From assembly GCF_000737315.1 (NCBI RefSeq), contig NZ_JMCB01000008.1, forward strand, positions 372,001-436,000: a stretch of 64,000 nt of DNA. Direction: 5' to 3'. Of the stretch, positions 20,769 to 29,875 are shown piece by piece (position 1 is the stretch's first letter; each line of letters starts with the position of its first letter). The stretch is from Hyalangium minutum. Its GTDB lineage: Bacteria > Myxococcota > Myxococcia > Myxococcales > Myxococcaceae. The notes below the pieces were generated by a model. The model saw only the letters and a program-made list of their open reading frames with translations. It had not been told where the DNA came from and searched no databases. Both the position numbers and the translations under genes were made by a program.

Positions 20769-21523
20769 CCGCTCAAAATCGCGTCGAGCTCACCGTCTAC
20801 GCGCCAGCGCTCACGGGTGACGATGGCCGCACGCTCGCTGCCGTCCACGGAATGGAGAAAGCGCTCCCAGGCATGCGCCTGGAGTGGAAAGTCTCCAAAG
20901 AAGGGCAACTCATTGCGCTCCCGCAGCGTGACGCATGGCTTGCTGAGGCAGCGACTCGCGGGCAGTTCCCGCTTCTCTGCAACGGCGATGAGAACTACCC
21001 CATGACGATTTCCGGGTTGAAAACGCCCGCGAGCCAGGCACCTGGCGGACAGCCGCTGCTCGATATCCATGCGGACCTACCGCTCGATGCGGTCGTCATC
21101 GCGGCAGCGGTGAACATCCTAGAGCACGTAGCCGAAGGCGCACGCGCGCGATGGGGCCACATGACGCCGGCCCGTGTGATGCAGGACATTGCGGACCAGA
21201 TAGGCCCGAAGCGGCATGGTCCTGAAAAGCCGCCGCGCGGGCTACCTGCTATCACGTTCCCAGAGAGAATCCCCGCACCCGAGATTCCCTATTACCTCGG
21301 GTGGCTCAACTACTGGTCGGCAGCCGCCGCACGAGCCATCGGGTTCCCGGACCCTGCCCGCGATGCGGACCTGCTCTCTGGGGCGCAGCGCACGGCGACG
21401 GGCGGGTGGGTGGTGCGACTCACGGAGGCGCCGCTCGATCTCGACAACCCTACGCATCTGGATGCGCTCCTGCGAGCGTATGAGCGCTTCCCGGTGATCG
21501 GCGGGCGCGTCGCTCCGCGCTGA
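20765..21523 (+). CDS. DUF5953-type protein, putative immunity protein
   Basis: ATGA overlap with the upstream gene; YLGWLNYWSAAAARAIGFPDPARDADLL...LTEAPLDLDNP motifs recalled as DUF5953. Confidence 0.8.
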   Translation: MTAQNRVELTVYAPALTGDDGRTLAAVHGMEKALPGMRLEWKVSKEGQLIALPQRDAWLAEAATRGQFPLLCNGDENYPMTISGLKTPASQAPGGQPLLDIHADLPLDAVVIAAAVNILEHVAEGARARWGHMTPARVMQDIADQIGPKRHGPEKPPRGLPAITFPERIPAPEIPYYLGWLNYWSAAAARAIGFPDPARDADLLSGAQRTATGGWVVRLTEAPLDLDNPTHLDALLRAYERFPVIGGRVAPR

Positions 21524-22147
21524 CTGAGTGTGTACAGCAGCCGAGTGCTTTCGGCCCCATGTAGCCGCGGGCGTGTTCGAGGCCGACGACCTCAAAGCCC
21601 GAAGTTCGCCAACCGACCGATTGGGCTGGATTCTGATCCAAACCAGAGGGCGCGATCCTGCGGTTGCCCGCAGTTGCCGCAATCGGAATCCCGTGTTCCT
21701 CACCGATCGTTTCCACCAGCCCCAACAAGCCCAGGTGCCCATGGCGTCTGCCACGCACCTCACGCGGGTCCTTCCCTCCTTCAACCCGTATGGAGAGGGC
21801 AAGTTCTGGGTAATGTTCAACCGAGCAACATTGCCGTACTCGCCAGCGTAGCCCTCGATGATGATCAACAAGGTCGTGCCTCTGACGAGGCCCGAGAGGG
21901 TGACCCTCGAGTGCAGACTGCTTCCCGCATCGTCAACTCAGACGGCGCTGCAACCGCCTCATCCTCGTCTGGCATCCCCCGCAGGGCATGGCCTTCTGGG
22001 GCACCCTGCTGCTTGAGGCTCGACACCGCGTGCTGGGGTAGCCCCTGTGCTGAGGCCAGTTGAACAGGCCTCCCTCGACGTCCAAAGAGAACGTCCGGCG
22101 CAGCAGCGACCCATGAATAGATCCCCTGGGGGATTAGGGCTCCTGGA

Positions 22148-23623
22148 ATGCCGAAGATCTATTCATTAAAAGAAATTTTCTCGATCGACCTCAGATCGCT
22201 GGCCTGGTTTCGCGTGCTGATGGGCGCGCTTGCCGTGGCCGACGGGTTCAACCGGCTTTCCGTCGCGGAGGCTCATTACTCGGACAGCGGCGTTCTACCC
22301 AGAGCCGCTTACCTGACCGATATTGCGACCCGGTTCGAATTCAGCCTCACCCTGCTCTCCGGAGACTGGCGGTTTCAGGCTGCACTCATTTTGCTCCAGG
22401 TCGTGTGTGCCTTCTGCTTTATGGTGGGTTATCGCGGCCGCCTCAGTGCATTTCTCACCTGGATTCTGCTGCTTTCGTTTCACACGCGGCTTCCGATCAA
22501 TGCACATGGCGGCGACGACGTTTTGCGGCTGATGTTCTTCTGGTCGATATTCTTGCCAGTCAGCGCCAAGCACTCCATGGATGCCATCTTGAATTCCGAG
22601 CGAGAGCCCGTGCCAGACTCTGTGTCCGGCTTTGCGCCGGCTGCGATTCTCTTGCAGCTGGCCTTTGTTTACTCCTTCTCGTTCATCCACAAATGGAATC
22701 CCGTGTGGAACTCCGAGTTTTCGGCGCTTTACTATGCCTTGAACATCGATCATCTGGTGACTGCGCAAGGACGGTGGCTCTTGCAGTTTCCCGCCTTCTT
22801 GAGGTTCGCCACGCTGGGTACGATGATCCTGGAATGTACGGGGCCGCTGCTGGTGTTCTCGCCTGTCTTTCTGCCTCAACTGAGGATGATTGTTCCAGCG
22901 GTTTTCATCTTGTTCCACTTCTGCCTGTTCTTAGGCATGTACCTGGGGATCTTCCCGTGGATCTGCGCGATCAGCTGGTTGCTGTTTTTGCCGGGTGGGT
23001 TTTGGGCAAAGGTTGAACCTCGATTGGGTATCGGCTCCGGCCGCTTCCAGGGTTGGGTTCCCAGAATCGAGGCCCTGGTCAGAAAAAGGCCTCTGGCGTC
23101 CAGTGTCTCCTGGCTCAGCCAAAGCTTGGCGGCGGTCTTCCTGCTCTGGGTGCTCTGGTGGAATCTCACCACGGTTCATGCCCTCCGTGAGATGCCGAAG
23201 CCGCTCGGCGCTATCCTCTTCGGGCTCTACCTGGATGCAACGTGGAACCTGTTCGCACCGTTTCCGTTCAAGGATGATGGATGGTTCGTCATCGATGGAC
23301 TCACCCAGAATGGGGAGCACATCAACTTGATGACTCCAGGCGCACCGCTCACGGATGCCAAACCCGCCCTCGTCGCGAAGACTTACCCCAACTCCCAATG
23401 GAGGAAATATTTCATGAGCCTCTGGTTTGGGGACAATGACGCCTACTTGCCTTACTTCGGGCAGTATTTGTGCAACTCCTACAATCGGGACAAGCAGGGA
23501 CTTGATCGATTGGTCTCATTCAACATGTATTACATGCTGGAAATGACACCACCGCCCGGGGAGCCCGCTCCGCCCGTTGAGAAGAAATTGATGTGGACAC
23601 AGTTCTGCAGCGATGAATCCTAG
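22148..23623 (+). CDS. HTTM-domain integral membrane protein
   Basis: IDLRSLAWFRV, HYSDSGVLPR, GGDDVLRLMFFW, multiple TM helices; lower GC than neighbours. Confidence 0.8.
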   Translation: MPKIYSLKEIFSIDLRSLAWFRVLMGALAVADGFNRLSVAEAHYSDSGVLPRAAYLTDIATRFEFSLTLLSGDWRFQAALILLQVVCAFCFMVGYRGRLSAFLTWILLLSFHTRLPINAHGGDDVLRLMFFWSIFLPVSAKHSMDAILNSEREPVPDSVSGFAPAAILLQLAFVYSFSFIHKWNPVWNSEFSALYYALNIDHLVTAQGRWLLQFPAFLRFATLGTMILECTGPLLVFSPVFLPQLRMIVPAVFILFHFCLFLGMYLGIFPWICAISWLLFLPGGFWAKVEPRLGIGSGRFQGWVPRIEALVRKRPLASSVSWLSQSLAAVFLLWVLWWNLTTVHALREMPKPLGAILFGLYLDATWNLFAPFPFKDDGWFVIDGLTQNGEHINLMTPGAPLTDAKPALVAKTYPNSQWRKYFMSLWFGDNDAYLPYFGQYLCNSYNRDKQGLDRLVSFNMYYMLEMTPPPGEPAPPVEKKLMWTQFCSDES

Positions 23624-24058
23624 AAGAACATCCCTCCTCCGACGGTGGCGGTGGTGCGCACGTAGTCCGGGAAGCCCCCGTGCCGAGGACGACCTCTACC
23701 AAGGCCAGCCTGGGAGCGCTCTCCTCCTCGGGCCGTGGGTCCTCCCGTTTCCTTGGGTGTACCGGAGCGGCCGCCAACCCCCATAGCAAGGCTGCGCAGA
23801 TGAGCATGAGGTGGCTCGCTTCCCCGCCCGGGACCCGCGGCGCCCGGGGAGCATCAGCGCCCAATTTGCGCCCAGCGAGGCTCGCGTGGTTCGACACCGA
23901 GTCGGGAGCGGCTCGAGCCTTGTTCCACCACCACAGAGTGTTCACTCTTGAAGAAGAGCCTACGATTCTAGGTCGAGTTTATTGACTCCCGAGAGGCAGC
24001 GGAGCGGGAGGTAGCGAGGAATCGGAGGACCTATCGGACAACAGAAGGGGGAAGGGCC

Positions 24059-24736
24059 ATGTCAGTCGGGTTGAAGAAACCACTGGGTTTCGGAGGGATG
24101 CTGGTCGCGGCGGGAATGCTGTTCAACACGGCGAGCACAGCGCTCGCGGCTGACTCGGCTCCCAGCCAAGTTGTCCCGGAAGTGCTCGGGGCCGGCCCTG
24201 GTGGCGGCCAGGGCGGCGGCTACGGCGGCCAGCAGGGCGGTGGCCATGGTGGCGGCTACGGCGGCCAGCAGGGCGGTGGTCACGGTGGCGGCTACGGCGG
24301 CCAGCAGGGTGGTGGCCACGGTGGCGGCTACGGCGGCCAGCAGGGTGGTGGCCACGGTGGCGGCTACGGCGGCCAGCAGGGCGGTGGCCATGGTGGCGGC
24401 TACGGCGGCCAGCAGGGCGGTGGCCACGGTGGCGGCTACGGCGGCCAGCAGGGCGGTGGCCACGGTGGCGGCTACGGCGGCCAGCAGGGCGGCGGTCACG
24501 GTGGCGGCTACGGCGGCCAGCAGGGCGGTGGCCACGGTGGCGGCTACGGCGGCCAGCAGGGCGGTGGCCACGGTGGCGGCTACGGCGGCCAGCAGGGCGG
24601 CGGTCACGGTGGCGGCTACGGCGGCCAGCAGGGCGGTGGCCACGGTGGCGGCTACGGCGGCCAGCAGGGCGGTGGCCACGGTGGCGGCTACGGCGGCCAG
24701 CAGGGCGGTGGCCACCGCGGCGGCCACGGGGAATAA
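24059..24736 (+). CDS. Secreted glycine-rich repeat protein
   Basis: Signal peptide (..TASTALA) followed by 14 copies of GGGYGGQQGGGH; AG-rich RBS upstream. Confidence 0.8.
   Translation: MSVGLKKPLGFGGMLVAAGMLFNTASTALAADSAPSQVVPEVLGAGPGGGQGGGYGGQQGGGHGGGYGGQQGGGHGGGYGGQQGGGHGGGYGGQQGGGHGGGYGGQQGGGHGGGYGGQQGGGHGGGYGGQQGGGHGGGYGGQQGGGHGGGYGGQQGGGHGGGYGGQQGGGHGGGYGGQQGGGHGGGYGGQQGGGHGGGYGGQQGGGHGGGYGGQQGGGHRGGHGE
24212..24715 (+). repeat. 36-bp tandem repeat x14 (coding)
   Basis: Tyr codons run from 24221 to 24689 with an exact 36-bp period; variation is synonymous only. Confidence 0.95.
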
Positions 24737-24916
24737 TAGGCGCACCGTCGTCTGGGCATGAGGCGAGGCTGGAGACCGCTGGACGCTCAGCGGCCTCTGC
24801 TCCCAGCGCCCTGCTTGCTGCTGGGCTGGCACCGTCCTCTCGAAGGGTGCCCCTCTACGGGTGGCGCACGGGAGGAGGCTCACATGTCGGGGTAAGCTCG
24901 CGGGCCACGCGCCCCC

Positions 24917-26188
24917 ATGACCCGATTCCTCGACGAACTCACAGCCCTGCTGCGGCACTCCCGCAACCTTCCCGCCGCGGAGCCCCTGCCCAGGGTCTCT
25001 CGCGACTGGATCGATCGGGAGGCGCAAGGTGCTGGCGTCCACCTGGAAGCGGGGGCCATCCTCGCCTTGTCGCTCCGGCACTGTGGCCTGACGGCCCTCC
25101 CCGAGCCGCTCGGCGAGCTGTCCCAGCTCCAGCAGCTCGACGTGACAGGAAATCCCCTCCCTTCCCTACCCGAGAGCCTGGGGCGCCTGACGCACCTCTC
25201 GCGGCTCATGGCCGACAACTGCCGGCTCACGCTGCTCCCGGAGTCGCTCGGGGCCCTGAGCCAGCTCGAGTTGCTCTTCGCGGATGGCAACCAGCTCACG
25301 GCCCTGCCCGCCAGCCTGGAGCGGCTGACCCGCCTCCGGCGGCTGGACCTGCGCGGCAACCAGCTCGCCTCTGTTCCCGAGAGCCTCGGCCGCCTGAACT
25401 CGCTCGTGGACCTGCGGCTGGGCAAGAACCTCCTGACGTCCGTGCCAGAGTCGCTCTGGAACCTGACGGGCTTGGAGACGCTGGATCTGTCGGAGAACCG
25501 CCTTGCGTCCCTTTCGTCCGGCATGGGCGCGCTGTCCCGGCTGAAGATGCTGGACCTGGGCCATAACGCGCTGACCGCTGTCCCCGAGTCTCTCGGCCAG
25601 CTCACCGGCCTCTCGGAGTACCTCTACCTCAGCGACAACCAGCTGACCTCCCTGCCGGAGTCGCTCGGGAACCTGAAAGCCCTGAGGTACCTCAACGCCA
25701 CGGACAACCGGCTGACGACACTCCCCTCCTCCCTGGGCGGGATACGCGCGCTCATCGAACTCCGCCTCTACAACAACCGCCTCACGGGGCTCCCGGAGGC
25801 AATGGGTGCGCTGGAGAACCTCCAAGAGCTCCACCTGAAGAACAACGCGCTGGACTCCTTGCCCGAGTCCCTCGGCCAGCTCACGCGGCTCCGGAAGCTC
25901 AGCCTGGAGAACAACAGGCTGACGGCGCTCCCCTCCTCCCTGGGAGGCCTCTCGCAGCTCACGGAGCTGGACCTGCGGAACAACCGGCTGGGCTCGCTCC
26001 CCGAATCGCTGGGTGCGCTCCGCCACCTGGTCTCCCTGGACCTCCGAGGCAACCAACTGCGCGCGCTGCCCGCATCCATCGCGGAGCTCCCGAGCCTTGG
26101 GAAGCTCGACCTGCGGTGGAACAAGCTGTCCTCGCCCCCAAGCTGGCTGCAGCGGCTCGAGCAGCGCGGGTGCATCGTGTACCTGTGA
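24917..26188 (+). CDS. Leucine-rich repeat protein (~16 x 23-aa LRRs)
   Basis: LxxLPESLGxLxxLxxLxLxxN repeats nearly to the C-terminus; no signal peptide. Confidence 0.92.
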   Translation: MTRFLDELTALLRHSRNLPAAEPLPRVSRDWIDREAQGAGVHLEAGAILALSLRHCGLTALPEPLGELSQLQQLDVTGNPLPSLPESLGRLTHLSRLMADNCRLTLLPESLGALSQLELLFADGNQLTALPASLERLTRLRRLDLRGNQLASVPESLGRLNSLVDLRLGKNLLTSVPESLWNLTGLETLDLSENRLASLSSGMGALSRLKMLDLGHNALTAVPESLGQLTGLSEYLYLSDNQLTSLPESLGNLKALRYLNATDNRLTTLPSSLGGIRALIELRLYNNRLTGLPEAMGALENLQELHLKNNALDSLPESLGQLTRLRKLSLENNRLTALPSSLGGLSQLTELDLRNNRLGSLPESLGALRHLVSLDLRGNQLRALPASIAELPSLGKLDLRWNKLSSPPSWLQRLEQRGCIVYL

Positions 26189-26248
26189 GTCCACGCGGCG
26201 AGCCGCGGCCGAAAGCGGCGGACGAGCCGGACGAGCCGGAGCCCTGAG

Positions 26249-26932
26249 TCAGAAGCGCCCGACGAGCCCGAACGTGCCGCCCTTCGGGGACACCGTGAAC
26301 GAAGGGGCCCACGTCACGCCCGGGGACGGAGACACCGGAGCCGCTTGTGACGGCGACTGGCTCAGGGACGCGGACAGCTCATACGCCACGATGGAGGAGA
26401 CCATCGGGAGCACCATGAGCGGGATGACCGACTCGGCGTCCTCCGCCAGTCCCGCGTAGAAGAGGCCTGCCCCCGCGCCTCCCGCGGCCAGCCCCGAGAG
26501 CAGCGTCGGGAGGAGCCGTCCCTGCCCTCCCATCAGCTCGCCCGAGGCATAGACAGAGACCGTGGAGCCCACCCCACACCCCACCATGGCCAGGGTCCCC
26601 AGGAGGCGGTTGTCACAGACGTCTCCGTTCCGGCAGTTCAAGCGGTCCACACTCGAGGAGTTCGCCACAATCAGCGTCGCCAGGGTCATCAAGAAGCCTC
26701 CCCCGGCGCCTCCGAGTACCTCCACGCTCACCCGGGCCGGGGACAACGCGTATGGCTTCACCTCGGGCCGCGACACCGCCACCTCCTCCAATGGAGGTCC
26801 CGGAATGAACGCGGGCTCCTCCGGTGCCGTCACGAGGGGAGGCGCCAGCGGGGGTTCCGGCGCGGCAGACTGGGCCAGCACGGCCCCGGGTGCCCAGGCA
26901 GCCAGGAAGAGCAGGACACGGATGTCAGGCAT
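26249..26932 (-). CDS. Hypothetical secreted/membrane glycine-zipper-like protein (same family as 8110..8793)
   Basis: Signal MPDIRVLLFLAAWAPGAVLA; RVSVEVLGGAGGG and MGGQGRLLPTLL match motifs in 8110..8793. Confidence 0.7.
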   Translation of the reverse strand: MPDIRVLLFLAAWAPGAVLAQSAAPEPPLAPPLVTAPEEPAFIPGPPLEEVAVSRPEVKPYALSPARVSVEVLGGAGGGFLMTLATLIVANSSSVDRLNCRNGDVCDNRLLGTLAMVGCGVGSTVSVYASGELMGGQGRLLPTLLSGLAAGGAGAGLFYAGLAEDAESVIPLMVLPMVSSIVAYELSASLSQSPSQAAPVSPSPGVTWAPSFTVSPKGGTFGLVGRF

Positions 26933-27054
26933 GTTCGAATCTCCGAGGGTCATCGCACTCTCAGTGGAGCAGCGCACCCGGGGGTTCTGCAATTCCTCAG
27001 CCCGAGCGAGACCTTGAAGTGCAGCATGAACAGAGCTTGGCTGCGGGACGACCC

Positions 27055-27783
27055 ATGCGCCCACACTTCACTCTTTCTTCGCTGTTCGGACGAGCCCTCC
27101 CTGCGCTGCTGTGCGCGGCCACCCTGGTGGCGTGCGAGCCGGGAGACGAGCTCTCACGGTTCTCGGGCCGAGAACTGCGGGCAAGCGTGAACTCCTTCGA
27201 GGGCGGGCTCTTGGCGATACTCGACCGGTATGAGCCCGAGAGAGGCGGCTGCCTCCAGCTGCACCCCGACGTGGTGGCCACCTTCGATGGGGTTCCCCTC
27301 GAAACCTCCCCCGGCGGCCCCGTCGTCGAGCGCTGCGAGTTTCCCAATGATCCACCCTTCTTCACCGGCAAGCTGGACACCGCGCTGTTCTTCGATGCGC
27401 CGAGGAACGCGGTGATGGAGATCCGGGCCGGGGATGAGGCCATCATCGCGGAGTTCACGAACTTCTTCGGGCGGCACACCTTCACGCTGATCGAACCCGC
27501 TCCCGTGGTGAAGCCCGGCGAGGAGATCTTCCTGGAGTGGGACCCGCCCACGGATGACCTGTCCCAGCTCGAGGGCGTCAGCATGAACGGAACCGTCATC
27601 CCGGCAGCGCTGGAGGGGCACGGAGTGCGATTCACCGTCCCGGCGAATTTCCCCACGGGCCGGTTCAACGTGGGCCACGTCGGACAGGTCACCATCCCCG
27701 CCGCGCGCTGCGAGGGCGTAGCCCGCTGCCGATCCTTCCCGTGGCCCCTCTACCGGTTCGCGCAGCTGAACATCCAGCCCTGA
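27055..27783 (+). CDS. Hypothetical lipoprotein
   Basis: AATLVACEPG lipobox. Confidence 0.7.
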   Translation: MRPHFTLSSLFGRALPALLCAATLVACEPGDELSRFSGRELRASVNSFEGGLLAILDRYEPERGGCLQLHPDVVATFDGVPLETSPGGPVVERCEFPNDPPFFTGKLDTALFFDAPRNAVMEIRAGDEAIIAEFTNFFGRHTFTLIEPAPVVKPGEEIFLEWDPPTDDLSQLEGVSMNGTVIPAALEGHGVRFTVPANFPTGRFNVGHVGQVTIPAARCEGVARCRSFPWPLYRFAQLNIQP

Positions 27784-27840
27784 AGCCTCTCTCTGCCCTG
27801 AGCGAAGAGGAGCGCCAGTACCGGCGCGCAAGTCGAACAG

Positions 27841-29280
27841 CTAAGCGGCACAGAAGGCCAACAGAGCGCCTGCGGCGGTGGCCACCACGTTGACGGTGTC
27901 GTTGCCCAGCCAGGACACGCCTCGGAGGGCCCGGGTGGGCTGACCGCAGTGGTGCACGCGGCGCTCGGTCTCCCGGGCACAGGCCTCGCACCAGCGCACA
28001 TCCTGCACCGTGGCCCCCAGGAAGCTGTCCACCAGCGAGCCCACCACCCCCGCCAGCACGAGCCAGGGCAGGAACTGCCACGGGACGCCCGTGACCAGCG
28101 CGAGGCTCCCCACGAAGGCAGCCCCGGCGGTGGAGGCCAGCAGCCCCATGCCCGACACGGCGCCCGAGGTGCCAGGAGCCACCGGCCGCAGGGTGGTGAT
28201 GCTCCGGGGATTGGAGCGCGAGAGCACTCCCAGCTCCGTGGCCCAGGTGTCCGCGTTGGCGGCAACCAGTGCTCCCAGCATCGCCAGCAGGAAGCGCGAG
28301 TCCCCCGTGAGGCCCAGGAGCACGGCGGCCAGTGCGGCCACCCCGCCGTTGGCCAGCGCCTGCCCGAAGTCTCGTGTCCCCGTCTTGGCGTACTCGGCCT
28401 CCATGGGAGCCTTCCGGTCCCGGAAGGCCTTGGAGAGCGCGCTCGAGGAGAAGAAGAAGCCGAGCAGGGCCGCCGTCCCCACCGCACCCGCCAGCCCGAA
28501 CACCGGGGCTCCGACGACAATGGCGCCCAGCACACCGCTGGGACTCAGCGAGCCCCGGAACCAGGCGGCCACACCAATGATCAGCGCCACCCCCGCGCCC
28601 AGGCCCAGGCCCGGAGCGAAGGAGGCGGGAGTCCAGCCGAGCACGGCCAGGGCGCTCAGCGGCACCCAGAGGTTGTCCCGTCCCCGGATACCGAGAGCCT
28701 CGGCGCAGGTGGCCACCACGGCGCACAGCAGGGCCAGCGGCACTCGGGGCAGCTCAGGCGCCAGGCCCGGCAGCCACGTGAGCGCGGCCAGCACGGACAG
28801 GAAGGTGCCCACGAGCATGGCCAGCGAACCCTCCAGGCTCTTGCGCTCCCCTGCCAGCGTCTCATAGCGGTGGCGTCCGAAGCGCCGGCCTACCAGCGAC
28901 GCCAGCGCATCCCCCACCACCATCGCCAGCACGCTGCCCACTGCCACCGCGGGCCGGTCCCATGCCAGCCAGAGGCACGCCGAGAAGCTGAGCGCGTACC
29001 AGACCGTCCCCAGGTTGTCGGGCTCGGTCTCCACCGCCTTCAGCAGGCGCTTGCGGTGGATGACCCAGTTGGCCACCGCCGCCGTCATCGAGGGAACCAC
29101 CGCCCACTCCCGGTGCTCGAACAACTTCAACGCGGCGAAGATCCACAGGCCCACGCCCACGTGGATGAACTTGCGCGAGAACTCCCGGGAGGCCCCCCGC
29201 CGCGCCAACACCTCGCCCACCAGGACGCACGCGCCCACGTAGGCATAGGACAAGAGGAGTGCCTTGAGGTCCTGACTCAT
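27841..29280 (-). CDS. Phytol/dolichol-kinase-like (CTP_transf_1) + DUF92 fusion membrane protein
   Basis: N-half SRKFIHVGVG, GDALASLVGRRFG, KSLEGS, RDNLWVP; C-half RDFGQALANG, ANADTWATELG, GTSGAVS, LVDSFLGAT, NDTVN. Confidence 0.88.
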   Translation of the reverse strand: MSQDLKALLLSYAYVGACVLVGEVLARRGASREFSRKFIHVGVGLWIFAALKLFEHREWAVVPSMTAAVANWVIHRKRLLKAVETEPDNLGTVWYALSFSACLWLAWDRPAVAVGSVLAMVVGDALASLVGRRFGRHRYETLAGERKSLEGSLAMLVGTFLSVLAALTWLPGLAPELPRVPLALLCAVVATCAEALGIRGRDNLWVPLSALAVLGWTPASFAPGLGLGAGVALIIGVAAWFRGSLSPSGVLGAIVVGAPVFGLAGAVGTAALLGFFFSSSALSKAFRDRKAPMEAEYAKTGTRDFGQALANGGVAALAAVLLGLTGDSRFLLAMLGALVAANADTWATELGVLSRSNPRSITTLRPVAPGTSGAVSGMGLLASTAGAAFVGSLALVTGVPWQFLPWLVLAGVVGSLVDSFLGATVQDVRWCEACARETERRVHHCGQPTRALRGVSWLGNDTVNVVATAAGALLAFCAA

Positions 29281-29305
29281 GGCCCCCGAGTATAGGGGCC
29301 CCCTC

Positions 29306-29503
29306 TCAGTCTGGCTCCTCTTCCTCCGAGGCGAGCGGGTGCACCGTCACCACGCTTCCGTCCTTGTCCGGGGAAGCGCGCACGGCGTCCAGTTCTTCGG
29401 GCTTGGTCGGAGCCCTCTCCGAGAAGTTGTCATTGTGGAGGTGGCGCTGGCGCTGCTCGCTCGTCTCGCCGTACCCCTCTTGCATCTTCGATTTCTTCGC
29501 CAT
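29306..29503 (-). CDS. Small hydrophilic hypothetical protein (65 aa)
   Basis: GC3-biased ORF that fills the intergenic space. Confidence 0.5.
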   Translation of the reverse strand: MAKKSKMQEGYGETSEQRQRHLHNDNFSERAPTKPEELDAVRASPDKDGSVVTVHPLASEEEEPD

Positions 29504-29518
29504 GGTCCGCTCCTCGGC

Positions 29519-29767
29519 TCACAAGCCGCCCGGGGCAACGACTCCTTCGACGATCTCCTCTTCCTCGCGCTCTTCCTCTTCCTCCTCCTCGCGCGCGCGG
29601 ATCTCGCCGCCGATGTCGCTCTCCTCGGCTTCCTCGCGCCGTGCGCGGCGCCGTGCGAAAGGCTCCTCCGCCTGTTCGCCATGCGGCCTGCCGTGCTCGC
29701 CCTGCTCGAACTCGGCCGACTTGTGTCCCATCGTGCTCTCGGGTTGCTCCTGAAGATCCGTCCTCAT
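29519..29767 (-). CDS. Small Glu-rich hypothetical protein (82 aa)
   Basis: Acidic ORF tandem with 29306..29503. Confidence 0.45.
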   Translation of the reverse strand: MRTDLQEQPESTMGHKSAEFEQGEHGRPHGEQAEEPFARRRARREEAEESDIGGEIRAREEEEEEEREEEEIVEGVVAPGGL

Positions 29768-29875
29768 GGAGGAACGGTGGGGACGGGCCGTTGGCTGGAC
29801 AAGCTCCCCAAACTGACATTCTTGTCATCTTCGCGTCAGCTTCGCGCCCGCCCTGCTCACCCAGAATTCCGGGCC

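Noticed and set aside
24212-24715. 36-bp repeats as a CRISPR array
   Set aside because: Head-to-tail units with no unique spacers, in-frame coding, no cas genes nearby.
24062-25081. 339-aa Ala-rich minus-strand ORF
   Set aside because: Antisense shadow of the Gly-rich repeat gene, which has the RBS and signal peptide.
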